IMG/VR virus record: IMGVR_UViG_3300036770_007134
Coordinates: 7,896-71,895 of that record
DNA length: 64,000 nt
Reading direction: 5' to 3' (one strand)
Source of the DNA: a virus
The notes beneath the pieces are model-generated. The model was given only the letters and a program-made list of their open reading frames with translations, searched no databases and was not told where the DNA came from. The translations under genes and the position numbers were made by a program. Every line of letters starts with the position of its first letter. Position 1 is the stretch's first letter. Shown piece by piece: positions 41,764 to 52,173 of this stretch.

Positions 41764-44700
41764 TAACCTACTCCAGCTGAAATATTAAAAGTATTATTAG
41801 AAAATGGACTATAACTCCCATTGACAGAACCCGAAAGGCCCATAGAAGACATAAGAGACCTAAGCTTATATAACACATCTTGGCGATCTTCTCCTGAGCT
41901 ATAATCAGGGTAAGACATGTTGGCGAGATTTGCTTGACGGACCTGCTGAGGATAGTAGCCCATTTGTGACATTTCCAAACCCATGTGTTGACCTATTTTT
42001 ATTTTAGTATGATCACTACTTGCGCCAGCTGCCCAGCCTTCCCAGTTTTGATCTGGTAATTCATGTCTAGAAAAATATTCAACCAAATCAGGCTTTTCTT
42101 CAACCCTCATCCCCCAGGCTGCTTGATAAAATCTTCTTTCTAACCTACCAGAAGTAGACAATATTCTCTCTCTCTCACCCTCATCTTGTGTTTGTATCAT
42201 TGCCTTAAAATGTTCTCTTTTTCTTTTTGGTATAGCAAAAGCTAATTGCTCCGCATTACCGGTTTCGACATCTGCGCCATACATTGTTCTTTTAGCTGCT
42301 TGTCTAAAATTAAATGCCGCCTTATAATCACCAGCTGCTTGAGCCTCTGACGCAAGCTTTGTACTCCTTACATACTCTAATATGTCCCCATATTCTTCAA
42401 CTGCTAATTCTTTTTTTCTTTCCAACGGAATAAATCTATCTCCGGTTATAGCCTCATACGCATTGCCATAAATAGAAGAAGAGGCTCCAGCTGCAGCCCC
42501 TACTGCCGTACCAAATAATCTAGCTTTTGGAGTCCTACCAAATAAAGAGCCGACTGCAGCCAGACCAATCATAGCGGCTGCCGGATTATCCTGAGTAGCT
42601 TTATTTAACATAGGTTTTATGTAGCTCTCATAGGGTCTCTGCCATTGGGGGAATGTGGAACCATAAACATTATTTCTTTCCCAGTCTTCTATCGCTGTTT
42701 TTTTGCCAAAAGTTTTATTTACAATAAAATTATCAGAGTGAGCTAACATTTCACCCATTCTTCCAATGGTGTGACTAGCCATAGATATACCAAGATCATC
42801 TGCACTGTAGTTTTTGTAGGTGTAGTCAGAAAAATTATATTTACTCGTAACATCCTCGTGCTGAGCTCGTACCTCTGCGACCTTTTCCCTTTCAGCCACA
42901 GATAAATCCATTCGATCAATCATTTTATTCAGCTGTCTAAACTGTTTAGAATAAGGGGCTACGTCAGCAAGGATGTCTAATTGATTTACTGGGCCATAAG
43001 ATCCTCCAAATAATCGATTAAATCTTTCATAACCTACGCCAGGAAGCCTAGATTCACCCTGCTGGATCTTTGTGAACGGATCACCCGTAGTAAAATCTAT
43101 ATAATATTCTGGTCCTGGAAGAAATGGATATTTTTGACCCATAGTGTTTTTAATTGGATTTAAATAATCTACATTTGTCCTTTCTTTTGGTATAAATCTT
43201 CTGACTATTTCAGAAAACTCCAAATTACCTACATCAGCACCGCCGACAGGAATATCACCAAGTCCCCCAAGGTTTAAATCCCAGAAACTCCTAGTACTTC
43301 CATAGGCTTTGGATGCTGACTGAAGAACAGATCTCTGAGGCTCAAAGTCTCCTTGACCTAATCCAAGAGACTGCCTTAAACTAGAAAATCCGAAACCATA
43401 TATACCAGCCATCTCTTGAAGTCTATATCCAATATCACCAGCCTGATAGGAAATACTAGATGGATTTAATGGCTCACCTGCAGAGACTATATTAGGAAGC
43501 ATAACCCCAGTCATCTTTGGAGGGCTATATATTTGAGAAATTCCAGTGACAGGGGCTGCCTGCTGATCCGATCCATATTGAGCCATTTGAGCGTTTTGAG
43601 CACCGAGCGAAGATCTAACCCTATTTCCTGCAGTGCTTAAAACCCCAGCCTGAGATGCTAACGACCTATTGTAATCTCCAATTGACCCTCTATTTTCCAT
43701 TCCCAAAGGAGCAGCTTCGGTCATTAAGCTGTTCCCAATTTGACCAGTAACAAAACCATCTACACCACCATAAGCTGCCGTGTTAAAAGCTCCAGATTCG
43801 CCAACTGGAACATATTTAGCTAGCTCAGACTGAACTTCCTCTTCATGCATTAATATACTAGGCTTAAGAAGCCTGCCTACTGTAGCGTTTAGCAGGGGTG
43901 TTACCGGACCGAACGGTCCAGTAAAATATTCGCCAGAAACTGGATATGGCCTATCATTATAATGCTTTCTTTCGAACCTATATGGGTCCAATGGTCTTAA
44001 CGGAGATATGTCATTATAAAACAAAAATTTTTCCATCGGACTTCCGTAGGTATCCGAAGTGAACGATGGAGCATCTCTCAACATTCTATAGTAAGAGGGA
44101 CGATAATACATTGTTTGACCACCAGTAAAAGGAGTGTTGCCCAATGGCCAAAATCTACCCTTTTTGATGGGCACTTCGCCCTCTAGAAGCTGCTCTCTTT
44201 TTTCGCCATAAGACATACCCCCCGGCATAAGCCCTGCCATCAATGAGTGTATCTCTACTGCTGTACGAGCTGCTGCAGTAGTCACCATAGGGGTATAGAT
44301 TCTTTCTCCTCTAGCATCTGTTTCATTGTAAACATACCCACCTAAAAGCCTGTCAGCTGTAAGTGCAGTAGTCCCTGCTGCATAAATTGGCAAAGCCCTC
44401 TTACCAACCATTCCTCTCGCAAAAAGATCAAGAGGACCAGAAAAAGAAGAAACATCCAGCTGAAGACCAACCGAACCAAAGTACCTATTTAACCTCTCAA
44501 CACCCTGTGACATTGGAATGCTGCCTCCAGAAAAATAATCCGGATCTGAATAAGTTGTGAACCCAGATGCATTAAGTAGAGCTCTTTTTGGATTTCTCGC
44601 AAAAACAGTTCCGAATGTAGGGACAAGTGTAGATTTTTGACCTGACCCAAGAGGATCTGTAGCCAATTCATCTATTTGATATGGCGCTACTCCAAAATTT

Positions 44701-47700
44701 TTCTTTAAGGGAGAAAGAACTGGCGAAAGCCTTCTTCTAACCGAAGTTGATATTTGACTTATAGAACCGCTTACATAAGGATCAAGAAGCTCACCCATAC
44801 CGCTAGTGGCGGGGTTCGCTAGTGTTTCGGTGATTTCGTATAATTTCATCCTACTGTCTAATGATCTTCCGGATGAAGGTGAGTAGGTTTTAAAAGCGGT
44901 AGCATTAAACCATGACGCCAAGGTCGAAGCTCTTGCTTCTGCTAATTGTGAGGAATTAATTCGTCCACTTCTTGCCATTTCAGACAGGGTCTGTTCTATT
45001 TTTATGAATGCATCTATTGCTGGCCTACCCTCAAGTGCTGGACTTGCCTGAGTTATATATCTAAATATCTCATCATTTAACTCGTCAAATCTAGTAGATA
45101 TAGTCGGTGACCTTTCACCAAGGCGAGACGGCGACATTAGATCACCCTCATCGATAATTCCCCTTAGTCTGGTAACCGCTCTATCTACAAAGGCTGGATC
45201 TCCACCTTGTGCACTAACTGCCTGCTTAACTCTTCGCCTATCGTTTATAATTCTATAAGCAAAGTCTCTTAACTCTTCTGGGCTTTCTATATCTGCGGGA
45301 CTTATATCAAAATAAGTGAAAAGTTTTTTAGTGTTTGGATCTTGTGCTAATTCCCTTTGAACGCTCCTTGGGGTGCCTGCGCCAAAAGTTGTTTTTCCAA
45401 ACCTTTCAAAAGCACCTAGTATTTTAGCTTCACTTACTTCCCGTATCTGAGCACCGGATTCATCGACCATCTGGAAGGATTTAACTTGATTATTTTCAAT
45501 AACAGCGTTTAGCCTGGCGTTCACCTTCCTTCTCCCAATGCGCATTTCGACAGACTCACCCTTAAGAAGAGACGCCATAACTGAAGGATTTTCTAGGTCA
45601 CCTTTTCTATTTCTGAATCTGGCCGCTAAATTAAATAGCGAATTCGGTTGTTCGTCATCAACTCTGAAAAACTTTCTAAGCTTAGAAAATCTTTTACCCT
45701 CTCCTATGCCCTCTGCACCAGTTTCATCGGCACCATACCTAGAATGGCGTGACCACAATTCAGAACTTTGAGTCGGCACAGATCTATATAATCCTTTAAG
45801 CTCAGTAGCGTAAGCCTCATTTGCTATTCTGTCATTCTTAAATCCGTATACTTTACCTTTCGTACCCTTTCCTTTAATCCACATATAGAAATCAGATCTA
45901 GTTTGTGGGTCTCCGGCTTCCTTAAGGTATGGTTGAACACTTGACGAAGAGATATATTGGATTGGTGATCTTGACCTCATTTCACTAATAGATCTATACC
46001 CAAATAAGTCTGTTGGATTAAAGTTTAATATTGGAATTTTAAATTGACTAGCAAAGAAATCCATAGTTTTACCAATGCTAGCTTTTATGTTTGTAAAATC
46101 TAATACTTGACCATGTCTATTTGAGTAAACACCATCAAGCTTTGTTCTACCAATACTATAAGATATCGGATCATTCATCTTCATAGTGTTGACAATTCCG
46201 TATAAAGTCCCCCTCTCTTCATCCCTCATATAGTCAAACATTCCTCTGGATCTGGCTTCATCAACAGACATCTGTTTAAACCCAAAAATATTAAAACCAT
46301 CTCTCGACCCAGCGCCCGATGTCATTTTCTTTGATCTAATCAAAAAAGACCTAAGCTCTACAAAATTACTTGCATTAAACCCCCTTTCTCCCAACATCCT
46401 GTCGATAGTCTCTATAGATAATCTCTCCCCAGACTCATCTACCACTTTCAGTCCAAGTGTTTCAGCTGATTTTCTTTTTAAATAATCCATCTGGGCACCA
46501 GATATGCTCCCATCAGGATTCCTAACAAAATCATAAAAAGAAGCTTTTTTAGGACTTAATATACCACTTGCTGCTTTTGGTAGAACTTTATCGTAGAAAG
46601 TTTTCCACTCTTTTTCTGCATTTTCTTTAAGGGTCGATTGAAAATTTAAACTAAAAAATGAGTTACGTGCGGAACCTATTCCGTCAATTAAGAATTGAGC
46701 AGCTGTGTCTTCACCACCTAAATCTTGAATAAAATTAGCAAAATCGTCTTTTGTAGTTATAGTTTTATATCTATTTAAAATTTGATTAAAAAAATCTACC
46801 TGATTGTCATTATCAAAAATATTTCTTTTACCAATATTTATTAATTTATCCAATTTTGCATCTGCTGTGGGGACTTCTAAATCTAGGTTATTAACAAACC
46901 TTTGAGCCCTTTTTTCATCCACACCTCTTCTAACAAGGTTGGATACAATTGATTGACCAAACGCATCTTTTTGTCTTTCTCGGAAAAATTCACCCTTAGT
47001 AAAAGATTCAGAAGATGGACCACCTCTGCCCAATCTTTCTACTGCTTTTGCAATACCGGATATTCTGCTATTCTTATTTGTTTGAATTCTGCGCATTGCG
47101 GAAAGAAGTTGATCTTGGTTGGCAAAAAATCCGCCGCTCATCCCTTTCGCCAATGCCCTGTTAAACGCTAGTGCTCCGCCCATAGCGTCTTGTGCTAAGC
47201 CAAGGGTTTTATATTCCTTGCGCCCTGCAGCGAAGCCTTTTCTGAGAGCCTCAGTAACCGGCACTATATCAAGAAATGATGTTTTATCTGGATCCCCAAT
47301 GTCTTTTAATCTAGACCCTTTTGATCCAAATAAATTATCAAATGTTATCTTTCTTAATTCTTTCCTAGATGCCCCCTGTGCAACTGCAGCCCTTCTAGCA
47401 TTAGATACACCATGACGTAAGTCAGAAAAAGTTTGGACTGGACCTTTTATATTTTTAAACTGCTCAGTAGCCGCAGAAAGTGCGCCCGAGGACTTAGCGG
47501 AAGTTCTTAGAAACTTGTCAACTATATTCGTTACATCATGCCCAACTTCTGAAAGAAGTGCATCTAATTCGACAAATGCGCGATGTGCCTTTGGCCTAAA
47601 GTTACCCTGTATTGCTTCAAGGTTATACTGCGAATGCCTTAATGTCTGAAGTGAACTTTGAGCGGTTCTTGATGCGGCGCCTGCAAATTCAAATGGTAAA

Positions 47701-48407
47701 ACTATCGTCGCAATATTTTTAGCTGATTCGGTAACAAAGTCTGCGACAACGTCAGCTGGATTGTACCATTTTACTTTTTCACTCTCTTCGTCTTTATCTC
47801 CAAAAAGCGGCTGAACTATAGCTTTATCAGCGCCGTAAAGGGCTGGGAGTTCATACGGTAATCTTCTTCCAGCTCTAATAAGCCTTTGTTGGAGCTCATC
47901 CCTAAAGGCCCAATCTATCTCTGAGCCATACCCGGCCAATCTTTCATCAGCATTAAAGCCAAAACCGCTTGCTGACTCACCCCTTCTATATCCAGTTGTG
48001 AGCTGCCCATCTAATTCATAGACCATTCTAGAATAGCCATCATCGATAATTTCTTTATCGGCGTTTTCGATATATCTGGTGAACCCTTCTAGTTCATCAA
48101 GGTGACGCCTTATAGACGTTACACTATTTACAACTGACGTAGCGAAAACGTTTCCAGAATCAGCTTTGTCTTGAGCGTATTTTGATAACTTTAATCCACC
48201 TTTTTTAGTGAATCTTGTCAATACCGATGATACAGCCAGAGTAGTGGCAGTAGCAGCAACAAACTTCATAATAGGATGACCGTCTAAAGCCCTGGATATA
48301 TACCCAGAGTTAGGAGCAGTGCCATCCTGCTCACCCTCATTAATAGGAATATCGCGAGAAGTTACACCAAAACCTATATTATGTATAGGACCTGGATCTC
48401 GTATCAT
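41763..48407 (-). CDS. Tape-measure-like / DNA ejection protein
   Basis: 2214 aa immediately after the tail chaperones (tape-measure position); basic, helical, with several Gly/Ala-rich hydrophobic segments. Confidence 0.65.
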   Translation of the reverse strand: MIRDPGPIHNIGFGVTSRDIPINEGEQDGTAPNSGYISRALDGHPIMKFVAATATTLAVSSVLTRFTKKGGLKLSKYAQDKADSGNVFATSVVNSVTSIRRHLDELEGFTRYIENADKEIIDDGYSRMVYELDGQLTTGYRRGESASGFGFNADERLAGYGSEIDWAFRDELQQRLIRAGRRLPYELPALYGADKAIVQPLFGDKDEESEKVKWYNPADVVADFVTESAKNIATIVLPFEFAGAASRTAQSSLQTLRHSQYNLEAIQGNFRPKAHRAFVELDALLSEVGHDVTNIVDKFLRTSAKSSGALSAATEQFKNIKGPVQTFSDLRHGVSNARRAAVAQGASRKELRKITFDNLFGSKGSRLKDIGDPDKTSFLDIVPVTEALRKGFAAGRKEYKTLGLAQDAMGGALAFNRALAKGMSGGFFANQDQLLSAMRRIQTNKNSRISGIAKAVERLGRGGPSSESFTKGEFFRERQKDAFGQSIVSNLVRRGVDEKRAQRFVNNLDLEVPTADAKLDKLINIGKRNIFDNDNQVDFFNQILNRYKTITTKDDFANFIQDLGGEDTAAQFLIDGIGSARNSFFSLNFQSTLKENAEKEWKTFYDKVLPKAASGILSPKKASFYDFVRNPDGSISGAQMDYLKRKSAETLGLKVVDESGERLSIETIDRMLGERGFNASNFVELRSFLIRSKKMTSGAGSRDGFNIFGFKQMSVDEARSRGMFDYMRDEERGTLYGIVNTMKMNDPISYSIGRTKLDGVYSNRHGQVLDFTNIKASIGKTMDFFASQFKIPILNFNPTDLFGYRSISEMRSRSPIQYISSSSVQPYLKEAGDPQTRSDFYMWIKGKGTKGKVYGFKNDRIANEAYATELKGLYRSVPTQSSELWSRHSRYGADETGAEGIGEGKRFSKLRKFFRVDDEQPNSLFNLAARFRNRKGDLENPSVMASLLKGESVEMRIGRRKVNARLNAVIENNQVKSFQMVDESGAQIREVSEAKILGAFERFGKTTFGAGTPRSVQRELAQDPNTKKLFTYFDISPADIESPEELRDFAYRIINDRRRVKQAVSAQGGDPAFVDRAVTRLRGIIDEGDLMSPSRLGERSPTISTRFDELNDEIFRYITQASPALEGRPAIDAFIKIEQTLSEMARSGRINSSQLAEARASTLASWFNATAFKTYSPSSGRSLDSRMKLYEITETLANPATSGMGELLDPYVSGSISQISTSVRRRLSPVLSPLKKNFGVAPYQIDELATDPLGSGQKSTLVPTFGTVFARNPKRALLNASGFTTYSDPDYFSGGSIPMSQGVERLNRYFGSVGLQLDVSSFSGPLDLFARGMVGKRALPIYAAGTTALTADRLLGGYVYNETDARGERIYTPMVTTAAARTAVEIHSLMAGLMPGGMSYGEKREQLLEGEVPIKKGRFWPLGNTPFTGGQTMYYRPSYYRMLRDAPSFTSDTYGSPMEKFLFYNDISPLRPLDPYRFERKHYNDRPYPVSGEYFTGPFGPVTPLLNATVGRLLKPSILMHEEEVQSELAKYVPVGESGAFNTAAYGGVDGFVTGQIGNSLMTEAAPLGMENRGSIGDYNRSLASQAGVLSTAGNRVRSSLGAQNAQMAQYGSDQQAAPVTGISQIYSPPKMTGVMLPNIVSAGEPLNPSSISYQAGDIGYRLQEMAGIYGFGFSSLRQSLGLGQGDFEPQRSVLQSASKAYGSTRSFWDLNLGGLGDIPVGGADVGNLEFSEIVRRFIPKERTNVDYLNPIKNTMGQKYPFLPGPEYYIDFTTGDPFTKIQQGESRLPGVGYERFNRLFGGSYGPVNQLDILADVAPYSKQFRQLNKMIDRMDLSVAEREKVAEVRAQHEDVTSKYNFSDYTYKNYSADDLGISMASHTIGRMGEMLAHSDNFIVNKTFGKKTAIEDWERNNVYGSTFPQWQRPYESYIKPMLNKATQDNPAAAMIGLAAVGSLFGRTPKARLFGTAVGAAAGASSSIYGNAYEAITGDRFIPLERKKELAVEEYGDILEYVRSTKLASEAQAAGDYKAAFNFRQAAKRTMYGADVETGNAEQLAFAIPKRKREHFKAMIQTQDEGERERILSTSGRLERRFYQAAWGMRVEEKPDLVEYFSRHELPDQNWEGWAAGASSDHTKIKIGQHMGLEMSQMGYYPQQVRQANLANMSYPDYSSGEDRQDVLYKLRSLMSSMGLSGSVNGSYSPFSNNTFNISAGVG

Positions 48408-48417
48408 TTCGCCTCCC

Positions 48418-49047
48418 CTATCTCATCCCCCATAGTTTTTGAGCAATTGGATCTTGATATCCAGCGGCTCCTGTCGGCTTTGCCTTATCGTGTTTTTCGG
48501 CGGTTTGCTTAGCTTTTTGTTCCTCTTCTTCAGGATCGACAAGCTCAAGAGATACCCCAGAGTACTGAACGCCGTTCATGGCTTGTCTTATTTCTATGAC
48601 TTTTTCAGACAAAGCAACGTGTTGCGCCAATTCGGAAAAAGTCATATCTTCCAAATCTTCTGGTGTATATGAAGTTATAGTAGCCAAAACAAATGCTTTC
48701 ATTAAATTTTTAACTTCATTAGATTCGATTCTTTTTTCTTCTAAAATAGATTTAGCTATTTTAGGTGAAAAAAAACCAGATAGATCTAAAATTTCTTGAG
48801 CAAGTATAGAAACTGTGCCTGCAGGAATCTTTGCAAGATTAAAATCTTTTGGCTCAACTACTGCGCACGATATTATCAGATCTTCTATATCAGCTGAAGA
48901 TAAGTCTTCGTACTGCTGATGGTATAGTATAGTGTTATATTCCTTAAATGTTAGCTCTCTAAATATGAAATCAATATTTTTTATAACTACACTATAAAGT
49001 TTGCCATACTTATTTTTTAACTCAAATATCTCATTAACGTCTAACAT
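48418..49047 (-). CDS. Tail assembly chaperone (long, GT-like)
   Basis: 209 aa; LKNKYGKLY...FIFRELTFKEY...PAGTVSILAQEILDLSGF; paralog of the upstream gene with a C-terminal extension. Confidence 0.75.
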   Translation of the reverse strand: MLDVNEIFELKNKYGKLYSVVIKNIDFIFRELTFKEYNTILYHQQYEDLSSADIEDLIISCAVVEPKDFNLAKIPAGTVSILAQEILDLSGFFSPKIAKSILEEKRIESNEVKNLMKAFVLATITSYTPEDLEDMTFSELAQHVALSEKVIEIRQAMNGVQYSGVSLELVDPEEEEQKAKQTAEKHDKAKPTGAAGYQDPIAQKLWGMR

Positions 49048-49050
49048 ATA

Positions 49051-49593
49051 TCACAGCTGTCTAACCTCAAGGGCGACAAAACCAGATGCTTCTAAAACCT
49101 CTTGAGCGATTAATGATGGAATGCCCGCCATAATGCTGGAAATATCACCATTTTCAATAGCGGGATATAGTATACAGGTGTTTGCTATTACTTCTTCATT
49201 CCACATATTTGCTTCAGCTGAAGACAATTTACCAGATTCCATTAATTGTTCCATTTTTTTTACTATCTGCTTGTACTCAACCCTATTGAGAACTCTCCAT
49301 ATTATATGATTGTCGTATGACACAGAAGTTACATATATCTCTCCAAATTGCTCTTTCCACTGTTTGACAAGGCCAGCTGTTGGCCCACCGTCCCACAATT
49401 GCTCCAAGTCGTCTAAATCCTCTATCATCACCCCATCTTCATTCGATTGTTCAGTCGTATCAGGCTCATCAAAAGACGGCTGTTGAATATGTATTTCTTC
49501 GATTTCAATATCAATACCAGATAGGTCAGTAGCCTCTAAATCAAACACATTAGAAGATCCTTCTGTTACAACTACTTTTTTACCATTAGACAT
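49051..49593 (-). CDS. Tail assembly chaperone (short, G-like)
   Basis: 180 aa; WKEQFGEIY...IIWRVLNRVEY...AGIPSLIAQEVLEASGF; SD AAGGAG; lies between the tube genes and the tape measure. Confidence 0.75.
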   Translation of the reverse strand: MSNGKKVVVTEGSSNVFDLEATDLSGIDIEIEEIHIQQPSFDEPDTTEQSNEDGVMIEDLDDLEQLWDGGPTAGLVKQWKEQFGEIYVTSVSYDNHIIWRVLNRVEYKQIVKKMEQLMESGKLSSAEANMWNEEVIANTCILYPAIENGDISSIMAGIPSLIAQEVLEASGFVALEVRQL

Positions 49594-49615
49594 ATTAACT
49601 CCTTTTTAAAAAAAA

Positions 49616-49644
49616 ATTATATCACACTAAAAACATTTATTCAA
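49616..49644 (-). promoter_or_regulatory. Sigma70/SigA-type promoter upstream of the tail chaperone gene
   Basis: Minus strand TTGAAT (49644-49639), 17-nt spacer ending TGA, then TATAAT (49621-49616): near-consensus with extended -10, in an intergenic gap. Confidence 0.65.
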
Positions 49645-49678
49645 ATCAACATCACTAACACATATCCATAAAATTTAT

Positions 49679-50611
49679 TTATGGAATATAATTTGGTATA
49701 TATGTCGAAATAAGTGGTTCAATTCTAGCCCCATAATCATCCAGTAAATAGTTATAATCAGATATATCTACAACTGGCAAATCCTTTACAAAGGATAAAT
49801 CGACTTGAGAATAATAAAAATCTCTAGCCATAAATTGATAACTCTCCAAAACTGGCTGACCACCAGGAGAGTAAGCAGTGCCCATACTGATAAGATTGAC
49901 CTGCTGCAATACTGTTTTCAAAGGCCTAGAAATATCATCTATTCTTATATTCCTTTGGTTTACATCTGATATATTAACTCTATCTAAATCATCTTGAATA
50001 GATTTAATATCGTCGCCATAGAAATCTACTGAACTTAATGCTGTTTCCTCAGCCCCATATAGTATTATAAAATTAAATGGTGGGTGGGCGCTGAAGATAT
50101 TGTTAGTATTTATTTGATCAGTTGCAGGATCAGTGGTCACTCTATCTAATTGACTTATTGACCAATATCTTTCTAGGTTCAATTCATCTTCAGCGGTTTG
50201 GTTTTGGGGTGTCATTCTTGACACAATACTATTTTGATTTAAGGTAGACCTATCTTTAACTGACTGCCTATTTTTTGCCGCTTTTTCTAGCAGGCTTGTA
50301 ATTCTTCTTGGATCTTTTGTATAAACACTAAATTCTCCCGTCACTATTCGAGTGCCATACATTATGGTATCGTAGTTGTATGACCAGTATCCATAAATAG
50401 GTGCTTTTTGCTGCTGGATAGAATATCCGAATGTAGCTATATCTAGCTCATCACTAGGATCAAACAGGCCATCAATATAAACTTTTACATCTTCCCCGCT
50501 AAAAAAATAATCAAAATAGTTAGATGGTTTTTGATTATATTGCCTTCCACCGCCCGACCATTTTCTATCTATATTCTGAGAAAAAATATCTATAGGTGTA
50601 TTATCCGTCAT
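49679..50611 (-). CDS. Tail tube-like protein (probable baseplate-proximal tube initiator)
   Basis: 310 aa; FFSGEDV, KAPIYGY, GTRIVTG, PPFNFII, YQFMARD shared with the tube protein. Confidence 0.75.
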   Translation of the reverse strand: MTDNTPIDIFSQNIDRKWSGGGRQYNQKPSNYFDYFFSGEDVKVYIDGLFDPSDELDIATFGYSIQQQKAPIYGYWSYNYDTIMYGTRIVTGEFSVYTKDPRRITSLLEKAAKNRQSVKDRSTLNQNSIVSRMTPQNQTAEDELNLERYWSISQLDRVTTDPATDQINTNNIFSAHPPFNFIILYGAEETALSSVDFYGDDIKSIQDDLDRVNISDVNQRNIRIDDISRPLKTVLQQVNLISMGTAYSPGGQPVLESYQFMARDFYYSQVDLSFVKDLPVVDISDYNYLLDDYGARIEPLISTYIPNYIP

Positions 50612-50632
50612 AATAGAGTAACCTTATAAAAA

Positions 50633-51391
50633 TTAATAGACATTTGTTGGGACAACATTTAGCGCATTTTGAGCAGAAAGGCTTTCCCTTGGATCTTTTC
50701 TGTATAGTATTTCTCTAATACTTTCGTCCACATCGTCACCAAATACATTTAAAGATATTTGAATATCCCTAGCAACTTGGTCTGGATTTGAGTCCGGATC
50801 ATCTATAGATGGATTACTATACTTAACCATAGGCTGAATCCCTCTTGCCATGTATGTATATGTTTGCTCGGTAATTAAATCATCTATAGACATCGTTTGA
50901 CCTTCATCAACTATAGTCATACCAAGTATTTTCATCTTTGCAATTGAACCATATTCATTTAAAAAAGTTATAACCATATCAAATGGAGGTAACATATCTG
51001 CCAATGGTGCAAAGAAGCCATTTTGTCTTCCTAGTAAATTTCTGTATTCTTTTATTTTGTAAAATGCATATTCGTTAAATACAGTAAATATCATGCTTCC
51101 AGCTATTGTTCTCCCCCCTTTGATAAAGCTTTTCGGATTAACATGTCCAATAGTTCTTATAGGAGAATTTTCTCTATGTATAGAGTAGGAAATAGTCTGA
51201 AGCTCGCCCAAGTCAATAACTTGCCCAATCCCATTAAAAATTTTACCCTGACTACCAATAGGAGGTAGTATTATTGTAGCAACTGCGTCAGCGCCAGAGA
51301 AGGAAATATTAGTATTAATATAATCTGTATTTAAAATATTTGTTTCACCAGCAGGACCGTTGTCTACTGTTGGATATATCTGAGTGCTCAT
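50633..51391 (-). CDS. Tail tube-like protein (paralog)
   Basis: 252 aa; SFSGAD, GGRTIAGSMIFTVF, LPPFDM, EQTYTYMAR align by eye to the tube protein. Confidence 0.8.
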   Translation of the reverse strand: MSTQIYPTVDNGPAGETNILNTDYINTNISFSGADAVATIILPPIGSQGKIFNGIGQVIDLGELQTISYSIHRENSPIRTIGHVNPKSFIKGGRTIAGSMIFTVFNEYAFYKIKEYRNLLGRQNGFFAPLADMLPPFDMVITFLNEYGSIAKMKILGMTIVDEGQTMSIDDLITEQTYTYMARGIQPMVKYSNPSIDDPDSNPDQVARDIQISLNVFGDDVDESIREILYRKDPRESLSAQNALNVVPTNVY

Positions 51392-51402
51392 AACTTTCCT
51401 TA

Positions 51403-51440
51403 ATAATATACACGGGGGTAAATGCCCCCGTGTATATTAT
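51403..51440 (-). terminator. Perfect 16-bp hairpin after the tail tube gene (terminator, stabiliser or processing site)
   Basis: ataatatacacggggg (51403-51418), 6-nt loop, cccccgtgtatattat (51425-51440); no clear U tract after the stem. Confidence 0.65.
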
Positions 51441-51462
51441 AAAATAATTAGATTAAATTAAA

Positions 51463-52149
51463 TCAGGGTCTGATTATATCAGTTCTAAGTGTAGTCTTTG
51501 TCAAACTAGAAGCCACTAGATCGGTATCGCCCTCGGTAATCATATCGTTAATGTCGATCGTATACATTGGACCCAATTCTCTAGCTACATAAGTCATTGT
51601 CTCCTCAAGAACAATGTCATCCATAGATGCGCCTGAACCCTCATTCAAAAGCTCAACACCATAAATTGACCTAACTGCAGCCTGTCCATACTCATTAGCA
51701 AAAGTTATAGTTATATCAAATGGTGGAATTTGATCAGCATAATATGGGACTACTGACATTACACTTGTGCCCTGACTCTCTACTGTCGCTATACCCCTCT
51801 TATGCCCATCATCTCCCGGCAGAGTATTATGAGCTCTAGTGAAGAACTTGTGAGCCGTGGAGTTTACATCTGCACGGTTTTGGTCCAGCATGGTATAGAG
51901 GGCTGGCCGATCAAAAACTGTAAAAATTAAAGATCCAGCTATACCTCTTTTGCCCCTTGAAAAAGAGCGAGGATTAGGTGAGCCCATCGTATAAATAGGT
52001 GCTTTTTCTCTAGTCACCGAGAAAGTTATACCAGAAAGAGCACCTATTTCTACACCGCCAAAACTGGCCACAATGTCTGCGCCAGAAAAGGTTGTATATG
52101 TGTTAAGATATTTGTCAATATCTGGATTTGTTGAATTAGCAGTAGTCAT
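51463..52149 (-). CDS. Major tail tube protein
   Basis: 228 aa directly after the sheath gene; SD GGAGG; FSGADIV...REKAPIYTMG...GKRGIAGSLIF...IPPFDITI; followed by a hairpin. Confidence 0.85.
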   Translation of the reverse strand: MTTANSTNPDIDKYLNTYTTFSGADIVASFGGVEIGALSGITFSVTREKAPIYTMGSPNPRSFSRGKRGIAGSLIFTVFDRPALYTMLDQNRADVNSTAHKFFTRAHNTLPGDDGHKRGIATVESQGTSVMSVVPYYADQIPPFDITITFANEYGQAAVRSIYGVELLNEGSGASMDDIVLEETMTYVARELGPMYTIDINDMITEGDTDLVASSLTKTTLRTDIIRP

Positions 52150-52173
52150 TATTTACCCTCCAACGGTAATTTA

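Noticed and set aside
41755-41770. 2214-aa and 1750-aa ORFs as one gene broken by a frameshift or sequencing error
   Set aside because: The junction is a clean TAATG stop/start overlap, also seen at 60189, typical of translational coupling; fusion in relatives remains possible.
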